A DNA stretch of 64,000 nucleotides, from IMG/VR virus record IMGVR_UViG_2563366911_000001; one strand, written 5' to 3'. The first letter of the stretch is position 1; every line of letters begins with the position of its first letter. The stretch comes from a virus (lineage: Duplodnaviria; Heunggongvirae; Uroviricota; Caudoviricetes). The position numbers were made by a program, and so were the translations under genes. Positions 9,789-18,781 of the stretch are shown one piece after another. The notes beneath the pieces are model-generated. The model was given only the letters and a program-made list of their open reading frames with translations, searched no databases and had not been told where the DNA came from.

Positions 9789-10505
9789 TCATTGATTCAC
9801 CTCCTGCGGCGGTTCTGGTAGCGGCATCCAGTGTGACGGTTTCCACGACGCACCAGGAATTATCCACCCATCATTAGCGTCAGGATGCCCGGGGATGTAA
9901 GTAGCCCATTTCATTCGCCAGTCACCTTTCCTGTCAAACTCCACGGCAACAAGAACGGCTGTTTTGGTATTCGGCATTCGCTCACTACAGCTTATCCAAC
10001 CATCCGGAGTTGCCGGAGAGTTGCCCGATAGCTGGTTCAACTTGTAAGTTTGGCTTACAGGTTCGGCACCATGAAGCATGGCGTCGCTCCGCTCTATGCC
10101 ATCCAGCGCGATTCGCAGTGCCTGAATTGTGGTAGAGCTATCGTTTGGGGCTATTCCATATCGCTCGAATACAGCTAAATGGTTGCGCATAATCTCAGGC
10201 GTAAGCTCTTTGTAAGCATAAGCAAGAGGCTCTGATGCATTATCCGGCACAACCGACGCAGGCGCGGCAGCATAAACAGGAATAACGTCCGCTTGCTCTT
10301 TATTGCTTTCATCCGTTAAAGACCAGAATAATTTCCCGGCCGGATGTTTGAAAATATAAGCAACTGGATCTGCTTCCAGCGATGCCAGCGCAATTCGTGC
10401 CAGTTCTTCCGCTTCTTCTGCTGGCAGTACAACGTTGCTACCAGGTCCGTATGTTTCGCGCCACTGCTTGATTGTCAGTAGTCGCTCTTTGGTAATAGTG
10501 ATCAT
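9789..10505 (-). CDS. DUF551-like phage protein, 238 aa
   Basis: C-terminal DGWISCSERMP...HWMPLPEPP pattern; N-terminal module shared with the 11380-11742 protein. Confidence 0.65.
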   Translation of the reverse strand: MITITKERLLTIKQWRETYGPGSNVVLPAEEAEELARIALASLEADPVAYIFKHPAGKLFWSLTDESNKEQADVIPVYAAAPASVVPDNASEPLAYAYKELTPEIMRNHLAVFERYGIAPNDSSTTIQALRIALDGIERSDAMLHGAEPVSQTYKLNQLSGNSPATPDGWISCSERMPNTKTAVLVAVEFDRKGDWRMKWATYIPGHPDANDGWIIPGASWKPSHWMPLPEPPQEVNQ

Positions 10506-11068
10506 GCCGCGTTTCCTTCTTTCTTATTAACAATTACACCGTCATATATTTCATTAAGGTGCCCTCTCAACTCCATGCGCCTTAATGCAGATAACATGTA
10601 ATCGCATTCAACCTGCTTATTCCCAATAAAAGGTTTATCTTCAGGGTTACCCCAACAGCAATTCCCCTTGGGCCATCCATGTACTTTCCGTACTCTTCCG
10701 TTAACAACGTGAAGTAATCCCCAGCCGGGAGGTAAATCCTCAACTGAAATAATTCCCGGCTCACTAATAAAGAATCGCCAGTCGCCCATTCCAAGAGACG
10801 GATTTTTACGAAAACGCTTTTTTCTATCTGCCAACAAGTCAGCACGAGAACACTTCGCCTCTATCAGGCATGATGCTGAATTTCTGAATCCCATAGCATC
10901 TGGCTGTTCTCCGGTACTGGTTACAGCTATAAAGCGGTCATGAAAACAAACCTTGAACCCGTTGCGCTTAAGGAACTTATACGCAATCTGACAGAGTTCG
11001 CGGTGTGTTAACGCCATATCACTCTCCTTTAGTGCGCAAGTGGTTTTTCCAGCGGTTTTGCGCCGCAC
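10502..11068 (-). CDS. PD-(D/E)xK-type nuclease-like protein (probable start near 11017)
   Basis: PDAMGF...LIEAKCSRADL resembles a PD-ExK catalytic core. Confidence 0.55.
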   Translation of the reverse strand: MRRKTAGKTTCALKESDMALTHRELCQIAYKFLKRNGFKVCFHDRFIAVTSTGEQPDAMGFRNSASCLIEAKCSRADLLADRKKRFRKNPSLGMGDWRFFISEPGIISVEDLPPGWGLLHVVNGRVRKVHGWPKGNCCWGNPEDKPFIGNKQVECDYMLSALRRMELRGHLNEIYDGVIVNKKEGNAA

Positions 11069-11379
11069 TGGGCTTTTTGCAACAACTGTGACCCATCACC
11101 CCGCAACACCCCGCCAACCTCACTCGTCTGTTACTAATCCTCAACCAGCGCCAGATCCCAACACCGTTTCTGCGAGCTAACAGAATCTTTGCCTTACGGT
11201 TTTTCATCGCTTTGCTCTCCTGCGTCTCTTTGCTGCTCGTCGTGCCGCTGCAATACCGGTATGGCGGCGCTTTGGTGCCGGGATGATGTTGTCAGCCATC
11301 AGGACATGTGGCTTTGCAATTAGCGCAGAAGCCCAAAAACGAGTCGGGTACGGTAACAAGCCGAAAAATGCCACACGCA

Positions 11380-11742
11380 TTACTCACCTCCCTTACCCTG
11401 AAGCATGGCAGCGCGGCAGGCGTTCCAGCCATCAACATAATCAAACGTATTGCTATCGTCTGGCTCGATTTCATCCGGCACTACCGGCTCTGGTTGGATA
11501 GTGACGTTGGCAAAGGCAGCACGCAAACCGGCCTTAATTTCCTCTACTTCATCAGCGCCTAGCGATGAATCTGACAATGCGTGATGGAATGCGTAAGCCA
11601 TGTCGTCGTTTACTGCAACCGGTTCGGCTTCCAGTGATGCCAGCGCAATTCGTGCCAGTTCCATTTGTTCGCCACGGGTAAGCCCGTTATCAAGCGGATT
11701 TTTAATGAATAATTCGATACGTTCTTTGGTAATAGTGGTCAT
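11380..11742 (-). CDS. Hypothetical protein, 120 aa, paralogous N-terminal module
   Basis: MTTITKERIELF...ELARIALASLEAEPVA shared with the 9789-10505 N-terminus. Confidence 0.6.
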   Translation of the reverse strand: MTTITKERIELFIKNPLDNGLTRGEQMELARIALASLEAEPVAVNDDMAYAFHHALSDSSLGADEVEEIKAGLRAAFANVTIQPEPVVPDEIEPDDSNTFDYVDGWNACRAAMLQGKGGE

Positions 11743-12029
11743 TTGTTAATCCTCAAAACTTTATGCCCGGGCGCAAAAGCACGTGTTTTGTCTTTACTTA
11801 TTCGCCACCCGTCTTTACGGGCCTCTTTTGCACAACCAGACCATGACGTACCGATATACTCACCGAAGTCTGGCACTGGATATACACCTTCCGTACACTG
11901 GCGGCAGTCACAATAGAGATGCATGGTGTAACTTGCAGCGATAGCCATATCACTCTCCTTTGATGCGAATGCCAGGGGCGCGTGGCACATTAACTTCCAC
12001 GATGCGCACAGTTGGTTTGTACATCTCAA
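11739..12029 (-). CDS. Small Cys-rich protein (probable start near 11951)
   Basis: HLYCDCRQCTEG...WSGC pattern. Confidence 0.4.
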   Translation of the reverse strand: MRCTNQLCASWKLMCHAPLAFASKESDMAIAASYTMHLYCDCRQCTEGVYPVPDFGEYIGTSWSGCAKEARKDGWRISKDKTRAFAPGHKVLRINK

Positions 12030-12582
12030 TCGCAGTCAGCCAGTCAGCGCCAGTCATGCGCTTTTCTGCATCGCCATTAGTCCACTTAACCGGTACACCA
12101 ATAGCCTTCATCGCGATTTCTATTTCCCCGGCAATGGCGCTTTTTCCGCAACCAGTAAAACCAGATACAACGACCAGAACTTCACCTTTGGCTGGTTTTA
12201 TTTCCCGCTCCTCCAGTTCAGCAATGCGCTTACTCCCATCCGAGATAACACCTTCGTAATACTCACGCTGCTCGTTGAGTTTTGATTTTGTCTCCTCAAG
12301 CTCAACTCTCAGCTTCCCAACCGTAAGCGCAATATCCTCGTTCTCCTGGTCGCGGGATTTGATGTATTGCTGGTTCCTTTCCCGTTCATCCAGTAGTGCC
12401 AGCACGGTTTCTGGTCCGGCCAGAAATTTGAAGGCGTTGAGCGCATCAATATCCACACCGTAATCTTTAAGTTCCTGTTCACTTAACAAATCATCATCAG
12501 CTGGCAACATTAACAGGCGTTCCATTGCTGGAATTGCACGTTCCGCCACCTCACGCAGTGCCTGGTAATTAATTTCGCTCAC
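11950..12582 (-). CDS. Ead/Ea22-like protein, paralog 1, 210 aa
   Basis: MSEINYQALREVAERAIP N-terminus, coiled-coil centre. Confidence 0.65.
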   Translation of the reverse strand: MSEINYQALREVAERAIPAMERLLMLPADDDLLSEQELKDYGVDIDALNAFKFLAGPETVLALLDERERNQQYIKSRDQENEDIALTVGKLRVELEETKSKLNEQREYYEGVISDGSKRIAELEEREIKPAKGEVLVVVSGFTGCGKSAIAGEIEIAMKAIGVPVKWTNGDAEKRMTGADWLTAIEMYKPTVRIVEVNVPRAPGIRIKGE

Positions 12583-13292
12583 TGGTTGCCTCCTTTGCGA
12601 AGCTGGGCAGCAAAGTCAACTAACCACTCAGTCATTTCAACCTTCCCTACCAGGTCTGAACCAGGGTGCATACAGCAATCACTCTGCGCCGCTTTGAAAT
12701 CCTTACACTCATATTCTTGGGCCACCAGATTTTTTGCAGCTTCTATAGCAGCATCCACCCCCTGCGCCCGCACTTCAGACAGGAAAGCATCGGTGGCTGG
12801 AATTTGCGGCATCCCTCCGTCTGTTGCGCAGATATACGCATCAGATATTTCATCCTGCCGGCCATCAAACACGTAGCAACAGCCCCTGATAAACAGCTTC
12901 ATGGAGGCATTCTCCACTGCCAGCGCCGTGCGATTACCCTCCAGCTCTGCAATGCGCTGTTTTGCGGCATCCAGTTCAATCGACAATTTTTCCAACTGCT
13001 CTTGATGCTTCTTGTATTCCTGATATGCGTGCCAAGACTGACCTTTGCGCACACTATTAGTGATATCAGTAATCTGTTCTGGTGTTAGCGTGGTCAGTGG
13101 CTGTGATGGGAAAATAAGCACTTTCCCGGAATCCCAATCAAAACCAGCGTGAATTGACTGAACCTCAACTGAAGGTGTTGAACCAATGCTGCCAGGCGAA
13201 TGAACAACGATTGTTACATCCATATCGCGACGATGGCTGTGGTTGTTGGACAAAATACGATTCACCAACTCAGAAAATTTGGAAAATTTCAT
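12579..13292 (-). CDS. Ead/Ea22-like protein, paralog 2, 237 aa
   Basis: Coiled-coil centre and TDAFLSEVRAQGVDAAIEA block shared with the 13576-14283 protein. Confidence 0.65.
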   Translation of the reverse strand: MKFSKFSELVNRILSNNHSHRRDMDVTIVVHSPGSIGSTPSVEVQSIHAGFDWDSGKVLIFPSQPLTTLTPEQITDITNSVRKGQSWHAYQEYKKHQEQLEKLSIELDAAKQRIAELEGNRTALAVENASMKLFIRGCCYVFDGRQDEISDAYICATDGGMPQIPATDAFLSEVRAQGVDAAIEAAKNLVAQEYECKDFKAAQSDCCMHPGSDLVGKVEMTEWLVDFAAQLRKGGNQ

Positions 13293-13612
13293 GCTGATTC
13301 CCCTTTCTCTGCTCTCTCCTGTCGGAACATCACTATCATCAGGTCGCCTTTTGTCGCTATCCTGGCTGTTGTACCTGGTTCAATGCGGCTAAGCTCAAAT
13401 GCGTCATAGAACGCTTCTAATGCCTTCTGGCGTAGTTCCTGTTTGCGCCGTTTTTTCCACTGTTTTAGGAAAATGGAACCCAGCCATCGCCATGTGCGGG
13501 ACATGATGTAAAGCCAACCGAGAAGTGCCAGACCGGTATTTAGGAGCGTATCGATCGTTATTGTCGTGTCGATATTCACTGGCTGCTTCCTTTGCGAATC
13601 TGTTCCGCCCAT
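13289..13612 (-). CDS. Small membrane protein, 107 aa
   Basis: TM segment LLNTGLALLGWLYIM; lies between two Ea22-like genes. Confidence 0.5.
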   Translation of the reverse strand: MGGTDSQRKQPVNIDTTITIDTLLNTGLALLGWLYIMSRTWRWLGSIFLKQWKKRRKQELRQKALEAFYDAFELSRIEPGTTARIATKGDLMIVMFRQERAEKGESA

Positions 13613-14283
13613 TCTTCAAGGGATTTCTCCGCATATTCACCAGACAGGCCATCAATCGGATGCGCTTCATTAGCCAACTCTTCTTTCGCTGACAAAATCA
13701 TGCGTGTAACGTCGAAAACTTCACGCAAAGACTTATTGATAAATCCGTGATTGAACGCAGCAGCAAGACGGCTGGCGGTATAGTTAATCCCCTCGTTGCG
13801 TGCTTCCGCACGAATTTCAGCCAGAAAAGCATCGGTAGCTGGAGTTTCGCTGTGGTGTAGGGCATCGTTGATAATCATTGCAGCAACACCAGCCTGCCCT
13901 GCATCCGTGACCGACACATGCTCAAGAGTTACGGCCATTGCGTGTTTCAGCCCGGCGTTCTCTGCCACCAGCGCAGCGAGATTAGTCTCAAGCTCTGAAA
14001 TTCGGCACGTGGCATCAATATTTGTGTCCTCCAAGCACTTAATTTCACCAAGCAGCTCCAGTGCAACCTTTGGGTTGAACGCGGCAACATGACGAGCGTT
14101 GTTCTCTGCATTTTTCTGTCCATCAAAGCCGGTCCATTTGATAACGTCTTCACATCGTTCATCACCGGGCGTGTGCACCGCATAAGTACCAGTATCCGTC
14201 GAAATAAATGCGACCCATTCGTCTGGTGTTGCCTTTTCTGCCGCCTCACGCAGTACCTGATAGTCAATTGTCATTCTCGCCAT
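13576..14283 (-). CDS. Ead/Ea22-like protein, paralog 3, 235 aa
   Basis: IDYQVLREAAEKATP N-terminus and TDAFLAEIRAEARNEGI block. Confidence 0.65.
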   Translation of the reverse strand: MARMTIDYQVLREAAEKATPDEWVAFISTDTGTYAVHTPGDERCEDVIKWTGFDGQKNAENNARHVAAFNPKVALELLGEIKCLEDTNIDATCRISELETNLAALVAENAGLKHAMAVTLEHVSVTDAGQAGVAAMIINDALHHSETPATDAFLAEIRAEARNEGINYTASRLAAAFNHGFINKSLREVFDVTRMILSAKEELANEAHPIDGLSGEYAEKSLEEWAEQIRKGSSQ

Positions 14284-14915
14284 CCTTCACAGTTGTAATC
14301 ACTACAGCCTTCAAAATCATATGGGCTGTACTGCCAGGTTATTTTTCCGCAATGCGGACAATTCCAACGCACCTTCCCGCTTCGCGACTTCTTTCTTCTG
14401 TTCTGCTCTTTCAACCAGTCAGGCATGACCAAACCTGCGCCCTGAACCATTGTTCTGCGGTTAAAGTTATTGATATTGAACGTCCGGCGCTTTGCTGCAT
14501 CAGCAATGGAAAATGGCAACCAAACTATTCCTGGTTCGTTTTTGTTGGCGACGCTAAAGATGGTCGCTTTACTGAAGTCATCTGTTGGCAATCCACCGTG
14601 TTGAAGCCAGTAAACATCGTTGCCGTTCCAGCTACCTTTTTTGTAGGCCACATACGCAGTGCAATCTGACTCAATCAGGCTTTCTGTAGGGATGTACTGG
14701 CAATCAACGTGCCACACAGCCATTGCATCCACACTATCGGCACAAACAGGCTGATCGATATCTCGCCCACAATTCCAGGCTTTTTGGGCTTCTTCCAGCG
14801 TGTAAACATGAGCGCGATCGATATCAGAACTGTAACCATTGCCGTTATGGCAATGGAATGAGGCGTTATTACCCACAGTTTCACGCAAGCACATCATGTA
14901 AAAACGGTTACTCAC
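14271..14915 (-). CDS. Hypothetical protein with C-terminal Zn-ribbon-like motif, 214 aa
   Basis: NCPHCGK...CSDYNCEG at the C-terminus. Confidence 0.6.
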   Translation of the reverse strand: MSNRFYMMCLRETVGNNASFHCHNGNGYSSDIDRAHVYTLEEAQKAWNCGRDIDQPVCADSVDAMAVWHVDCQYIPTESLIESDCTAYVAYKKGSWNGNDVYWLQHGGLPTDDFSKATIFSVANKNEPGIVWLPFSIADAAKRRTFNINNFNRRTMVQGAGLVMPDWLKEQNRRKKSRSGKVRWNCPHCGKITWQYSPYDFEGCSDYNCEGWRE

Positions 14916-15192
14916 TGGTTGCCTCCGCTTCCCACGTTTTCAGACTTTCACCACAGAACGGGCAAAATGAAACTCGAATAGGCGATTTAGAAAATTCACC
15001 AGACCGCAGCATGATCAGGTCTCGTGAATGAATTAATTCATGGTTATAGATTTTGTATTTCAGCAGACCTTTTCGCGTCGTGTATTCAGCGTCATGCTCC
15101 AGGGATTGTGCCAACGCCGCGCACGGTTCTATCTTGTTGCCATTAATTTGGCATTTTGACTCACTCACTGGTTGCCCCCTGAATACGCTCAA
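14908..15192 (-). CDS. Hypothetical protein, 94 aa
   Basis: ORF with TTG start, CPFCG motif; overlaps the upstream gene by 32 nt. Confidence 0.4.
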   Translation of the reverse strand: MSVFRGQPVSESKCQINGNKIEPCAALAQSLEHDAEYTTRKGLLKYKIYNHELIHSRDLIMLRSGEFSKSPIRVSFCPFCGESLKTWEAEATSE

Positions 15193-15742
15193 ACTCGATT
15201 ACCCACACCCAGGGATTAGCGTTCCAACTATCTTCGCCATAAATTGATTTCCATAGGCTACGGAAACCTGGGTAATGCTTATCGCCAATGAGGGTCGATT
15301 CTGTTGGTGCGCCCTCAGTCCTTGCATCGCATTCGCTGATATCGTTCAACCGCTCAACGCGCACGTTGGTAATTTCCAGAAGAATGCGCGATGCCCAGCG
15401 CGGCATGTGAATTGATGGCGTCCACTTTTCTGATACTGGTTTATTACAAACCTCGACCGGAACCCGGTGCGTTTGTTCTGTCCAGGAGTTACGCACACTT
15501 GCGCGATAAACCAGCGTTGCGACGTCCGTCGCTTTGCCATGTACCCGGTAGGTTTCGCGAACCCAAATACGATCGCCCGGTTGACCATATGGACAATGCT
15601 TGGCAAGCAACTCTGCGGCCACTGCCCGTCCATAGAATTTTTCTTCAACAATCCTGCGAGTCTGTGTTTTATTCCCGCCAAGAATTGCCCGGACCATCTC
15701 ATCGTTAAAAATCATGCCGCGCTCTTTCACTTCGCCTTTCAT
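15161..15742 (-). CDS. Conserved phage protein, 193 aa
   Basis: MIFNDEMVRAILGGNKTQTRR N-terminal signature; tightly coupled to the upstream 28-aa ORF. Confidence 0.65.
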   Translation of the reverse strand: MKGEVKERGMIFNDEMVRAILGGNKTQTRRIVEEKFYGRAVAAELLAKHCPYGQPGDRIWVRETYRVHGKATDVATLVYRASVRNSWTEQTHRVPVEVCNKPVSEKWTPSIHMPRWASRILLEITNVRVERLNDISECDARTEGAPTESTLIGDKHYPGFRSLWKSIYGEDSWNANPWVWVIEFERIQGATSE

Positions 15743-15751
15743 GCATCCCCC

Positions 15752-15838
15752 TTACCCATGTGCGACGATGCCGCCAAAAGTGATAGAGAACAGCCAGAAA
15801 TAGATCGCGGCCATAATGATTTTGAATGCCGTGTTCAT
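15752..15838 (-). CDS. 28-aa hydrophobic peptide (MNTAFKIIMAAIYFWLFSITFGGIVAHG)
   Basis: AGGAG Shine-Dalgarno 9 nt upstream; stop 9 nt before the next ATG; sits just downstream of a C1-operator promoter; below ORF-track cut-off. Confidence 0.35.
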   Translation of the reverse strand: MNTAFKIIMAAIYFWLFSITFGGIVAHG

Positions 15839-15879
15839 ATTTTCAGCTCCTGTGATTGATTGGATACATGCCGCGCCTT

Positions 15880-15936
15880 GCGGCATGTTTTTATTTTCAC
15901 TTTCTCTGTTTTAAAAATCAAGATTTATTAGAGCAA
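15880..15936 (-). promoter_or_regulatory. C1-type operator (ATTGCTCTAATAAATCT, 15920-15936) overlapping a sigma70-like promoter (TTGCTC-17-TAAAAC), then a hairpin
   Basis: 16 of 17 match to operator consensus; -35 lies inside the operator; identical -10 to the 18062-18078 promoter. Confidence 0.55.
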
Positions 15937-16443
15937 TTATTGTTGATGAAGAAGCGCGTTTTCATACTCCCTGACCATTAACGTAAGTACGCCGTGACTC
16001 CTGAAAATACGCGCCACTTCAATCTTATCTTCCAGCGCGAACGCGATTTTACTTAGACCAATTTTCTTAAGGAGATCAATCTTTGCTGGGCCGTCATTTC
16101 TGTCATCGGTGGCAGGACGCATAGATAGCAAAGGCTCAGCCCCGTTTGTTACGTACTTCCGCAGCCAGGCTCGTGTTTTATCCCTTGCGATCTCACAGCG
16201 CCCAGTTACAAACCAGACCGTGTAAACGTTAAATAACTGGCGCACCATATCAATAACTGGAGTGATGGGTGTATCGGTGTCACAGGCGAGATTAAACTCG
16301 TTCCAGTCCTTTGTTAATGCACCTTTACCTGGTGGCGGAAGCAAATGCAGTCTGTCTTCAGTTGCCTCTGATATTGTTCCATCAATATCGACTATGACGA
16401 TATACGGACGTTCCTGGCGTGCGTGTTTATTGAAAATACTCAA
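15937..16443 (-). CDS. HAD-superfamily phosphatase-like protein, 168 aa
   Basis: IVIVDIDGT motif I near the N-terminus, later VTGR and K...D motifs. Confidence 0.7.
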   Translation of the reverse strand: MSIFNKHARQERPYIVIVDIDGTISEATEDRLHLLPPPGKGALTKDWNEFNLACDTDTPITPVIDMVRQLFNVYTVWFVTGRCEIARDKTRAWLRKYVTNGAEPLLSMRPATDDRNDGPAKIDLLKKIGLSKIAFALEDKIEVARIFRSHGVLTLMVREYENALLHQQ

Positions 16444-16467
16444 ATGCCCTCCTCATTGGACGAAAAA

Positions 16468-16496
16468 AATGCTGGTGGGCGCACTCCACCAGCATT
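16468..16496. terminator. Intergenic palindromic hairpin AATGCTGGTGG-gcgcact-CCACCAGCATT containing inverted Chi octamers
   Basis: 11-bp perfect inverted repeat between two minus-strand genes; A-run before, no strong T-tract after. Confidence 0.35.
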
Positions 16497-16515
16497 AAAA
16501 GTGACACTGTAACTA

Positions 16516-17778
16516 TCAGCGGACGTAAATAGTGCCGCCGTTCTCTTTTTCCCATGCATCGCTACGTGCATAGCAAACATCGAGAAGTCTTCTTGCCGCT
16601 GTTTCCTCTAAACCCAATTCGACAACCAACTGCTCATGACGGCGGGTAACCACATCAAACAGGGTATGCAGCCCTTTAGCTGCCAGATCATCAATAAATT
16701 CCGGTTCGAACGGCAGCTCTGCCTCTGCCAACATAACCTCTTGCGCCCACTCAACTCGACGGACTAGTTCCGGGCGGCGGCTTTCCATCTCTTTACAGAT
16801 CAATTCATGGAAGAACTCTACCCAACCTTCCGGCTGGAACTCGCGGAAAATGGCCAACGGCTGGAAGTTTGGCATCAACCATTCGTTGATCCGGATATCA
16901 ATGGCATAGCCCATGTCGCAGCAGAACTGATAAGCAAAGTCCAGCTTAGAAACGATATAAGGACGCTCGTTATTGAACTCTTTAGGCGATGAGATCCCAT
17001 AAGCCAGGAGGCGCGGGAAGAAGGAGATTTGCCCTAACGTCGGATGAAGTTTGCTTGCAGGGAAACGGCGCTCAGTAATGCCATACATTTCCTTCTTGAG
17101 CGTCGCAAATTTGGCATTCTCATTAACCAGCGCGGTAACCTCTGCTTTTTTATTAGCAAATGCCACGCGCGCTTCGCTTGCATCTTTAATAGTTTTTTTG
17201 AGCTGTTGGTTAAGGTCGGCGACCTGCTTACGCAGTTCCTGTCGCTCGCTTTTAGCTTTGTTATAGCGTTTCTCAAGGTTAAAAGGATCAAGTTTCATGA
17301 TCTCTTTATATTGAGATTTTAGCGTTGAAATCTGTGAGTTCCGCAGTTCAACCATCGCGGTCATTTCATTGAGTTTTGTTTCCAGCTCAATGCTTATACG
17401 TTCGGCATTATCAGCACGCTGGTTGGCGTCATGTGTCGCATCGTCGATCGCGTCCTGTTGCTGGCGTTTCAAATGTTCAATTTGCAGCTGAAGCTCTTCA
17501 ATTTCTTTACCCTTCAGACCGAGATCCAACTGCATATTTTCAGCTGCATCTACCAGGGAGTTATGGCTATCAGCTTCTGCGTTATAAACATCAATAAGCT
17601 GTGCGTGAAGCATCTCCGCTGACTGAACCGCATTATCAAAAAAACGTGCTGTGAGGTCATCACAACTAACGCGGCGTTGCGCGGCCCGGATGTTCTGGAT
17701 AATGGCCGGGATACCGGCATTCAGGACGTCAGGGATAGATACATTTTCGATTGATTGGTTTTGTGCTGAAGTGCTCAT
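16516..17778 (-). CDS. Hypothetical protein with long N-terminal coiled coil, 420 aa
   Basis: Heptad-rich region about residues 70-230; C-terminal globular region of unknown fold. Confidence 0.7.
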   Translation of the reverse strand: MSTSAQNQSIENVSIPDVLNAGIPAIIQNIRAAQRRVSCDDLTARFFDNAVQSAEMLHAQLIDVYNAEADSHNSLVDAAENMQLDLGLKGKEIEELQLQIEHLKRQQQDAIDDATHDANQRADNAERISIELETKLNEMTAMVELRNSQISTLKSQYKEIMKLDPFNLEKRYNKAKSERQELRKQVADLNQQLKKTIKDASEARVAFANKKAEVTALVNENAKFATLKKEMYGITERRFPASKLHPTLGQISFFPRLLAYGISSPKEFNNERPYIVSKLDFAYQFCCDMGYAIDIRINEWLMPNFQPLAIFREFQPEGWVEFFHELICKEMESRRPELVRRVEWAQEVMLAEAELPFEPEFIDDLAAKGLHTLFDVVTRRHEQLVVELGLEETAARRLLDVCYARSDAWEKENGGTIYVR

Positions 17779-17779
17779 T

Positions 17780-17998
17780 TCAAAGTTCCGTATTAGCTTG
17801 TGCTTCGGTCATTTTTCCTAAGTATGAAGGTGGAAGGACTACGCAATTTGTATCCAGCCCCTCACCCAGGGCAGCCTGTAAAATTCTGGCTAAGGAGAGT
17901 CTCTTGTTGCGATACCGGGTGATGACATGCCTGATATCGCCGGACGGCGTAACAAAGGCGATCAGCCAGTAGTGATATTTCCGTCGGAATGGCCACAT
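17780..17998 (-). CDS. Small hypothetical protein, 72 aa, first gene of a C1-operator-controlled operon
   Basis: AAGGTG Shine-Dalgarno 5 nt upstream of ATG at 17998. Confidence 0.5.
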   Translation of the reverse strand: MWPFRRKYHYWLIAFVTPSGDIRHVITRYRNKRLSLARILQAALGEGLDTNCVVLPPSYLGKMTEAQANTEL

Positions 17999-18012
17999 AG
18001 TGCACCTTATGG

Positions 18013-18078
18013 ATTGCTCTAATAAAAAACGTGATGAGTGTACATCACGTTTTAAAAATATGGAATTATTAGAGCAAT
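18013..18078. promoter_or_regulatory. Pair of inverted C1-type operators (18013-18029 and 18062-18078) flanking a palindrome; minus-strand promoter TTGCTC-17-TAAAAC
   Basis: ATTGCTCTAATAAAAAA and reverse ATTGCTCTAATAATTCC; central palindrome ACGTGATG-n-CATCACGT. Confidence 0.6.
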
Positions 18079-18079
18079 A

Positions 18080-18781
18080 TTATTCTGATTCTTGCTCAAA
18101 AAACGCGCTAATGAGAGGAAGCCAATCCTCTGACACTTCACGCGGTCGCGGTTTGCCATGGAAGAAGATTATTCGGCAGTCTTTTGGTAATGCCCCATTC
18201 CCCCTGGAGTAGCGCGCACTTGCATATTTCGAACCAGGTTCCACAACATCGGCCTTGTAACTTACAAACCATCCCGGATACAGATCCTGAAATGCTGGTG
18301 TATCATCGCCCATAACCTTCCGTAAGAACCCCTGATCACCCCAGCATTCAGTAGTAACACAACGAGCAATCCAACCTTCCGGATCTTGCCAGAATGCACT
18401 CCAGATATGCGCTTTTACACTATTTGGTATCCACAGGGCACCGCTGCCACGATATTGTGGATGGTAAAAATCCCTAAGCATGGTGAAGCTGGTTGGTGGA
18501 TGCTCTAGGATTGGGCGTATATCACCGGCAATAACCGTGTCCAAATCCAGATAGAACAGATCATCGGTTATATCCGGTCGGAACAACTCTATTTTCGCCC
18601 ACCAGCCACGGCACTTTTGCCACTGGTTGATCAATGGGACAACTTTGACGCCAGGTACATGTAAACGCTTCAGGTCTGTCAGGCAAATAATTTCATAGCC
18701 TTTTGGCAGTTGATTAACCAGCCACTGCACATCGGAAGCGTTATAGTCACCACCAGAGCGAAAAACTAAAGCAATCTTCAT
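18080..18781 (-). CDS. Putative GT-A-like nucleotide-sugar transferase, 233 aa
   Basis: DxD-like [12 protein letters not shown] motif in an alpha/beta context; assignment tentative. Confidence 0.5.
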   Translation of the reverse strand: MKIALVFRSGGDYNASDVQWLVNQLPKGYEIICLTDLKRLHVPGVKVVPLINQWQKCRGWWAKIELFRPDITDDLFYLDLDTVIAGDIRPILEHPPTSFTMLRDFYHPQYRGSGALWIPNSVKAHIWSAFWQDPEGWIARCVTTECWGDQGFLRKVMGDDTPAFQDLYPGWFVSYKADVVEPGSKYASARYSRGNGALPKDCRIIFFHGKPRPREVSEDWLPLISAFFEQESE

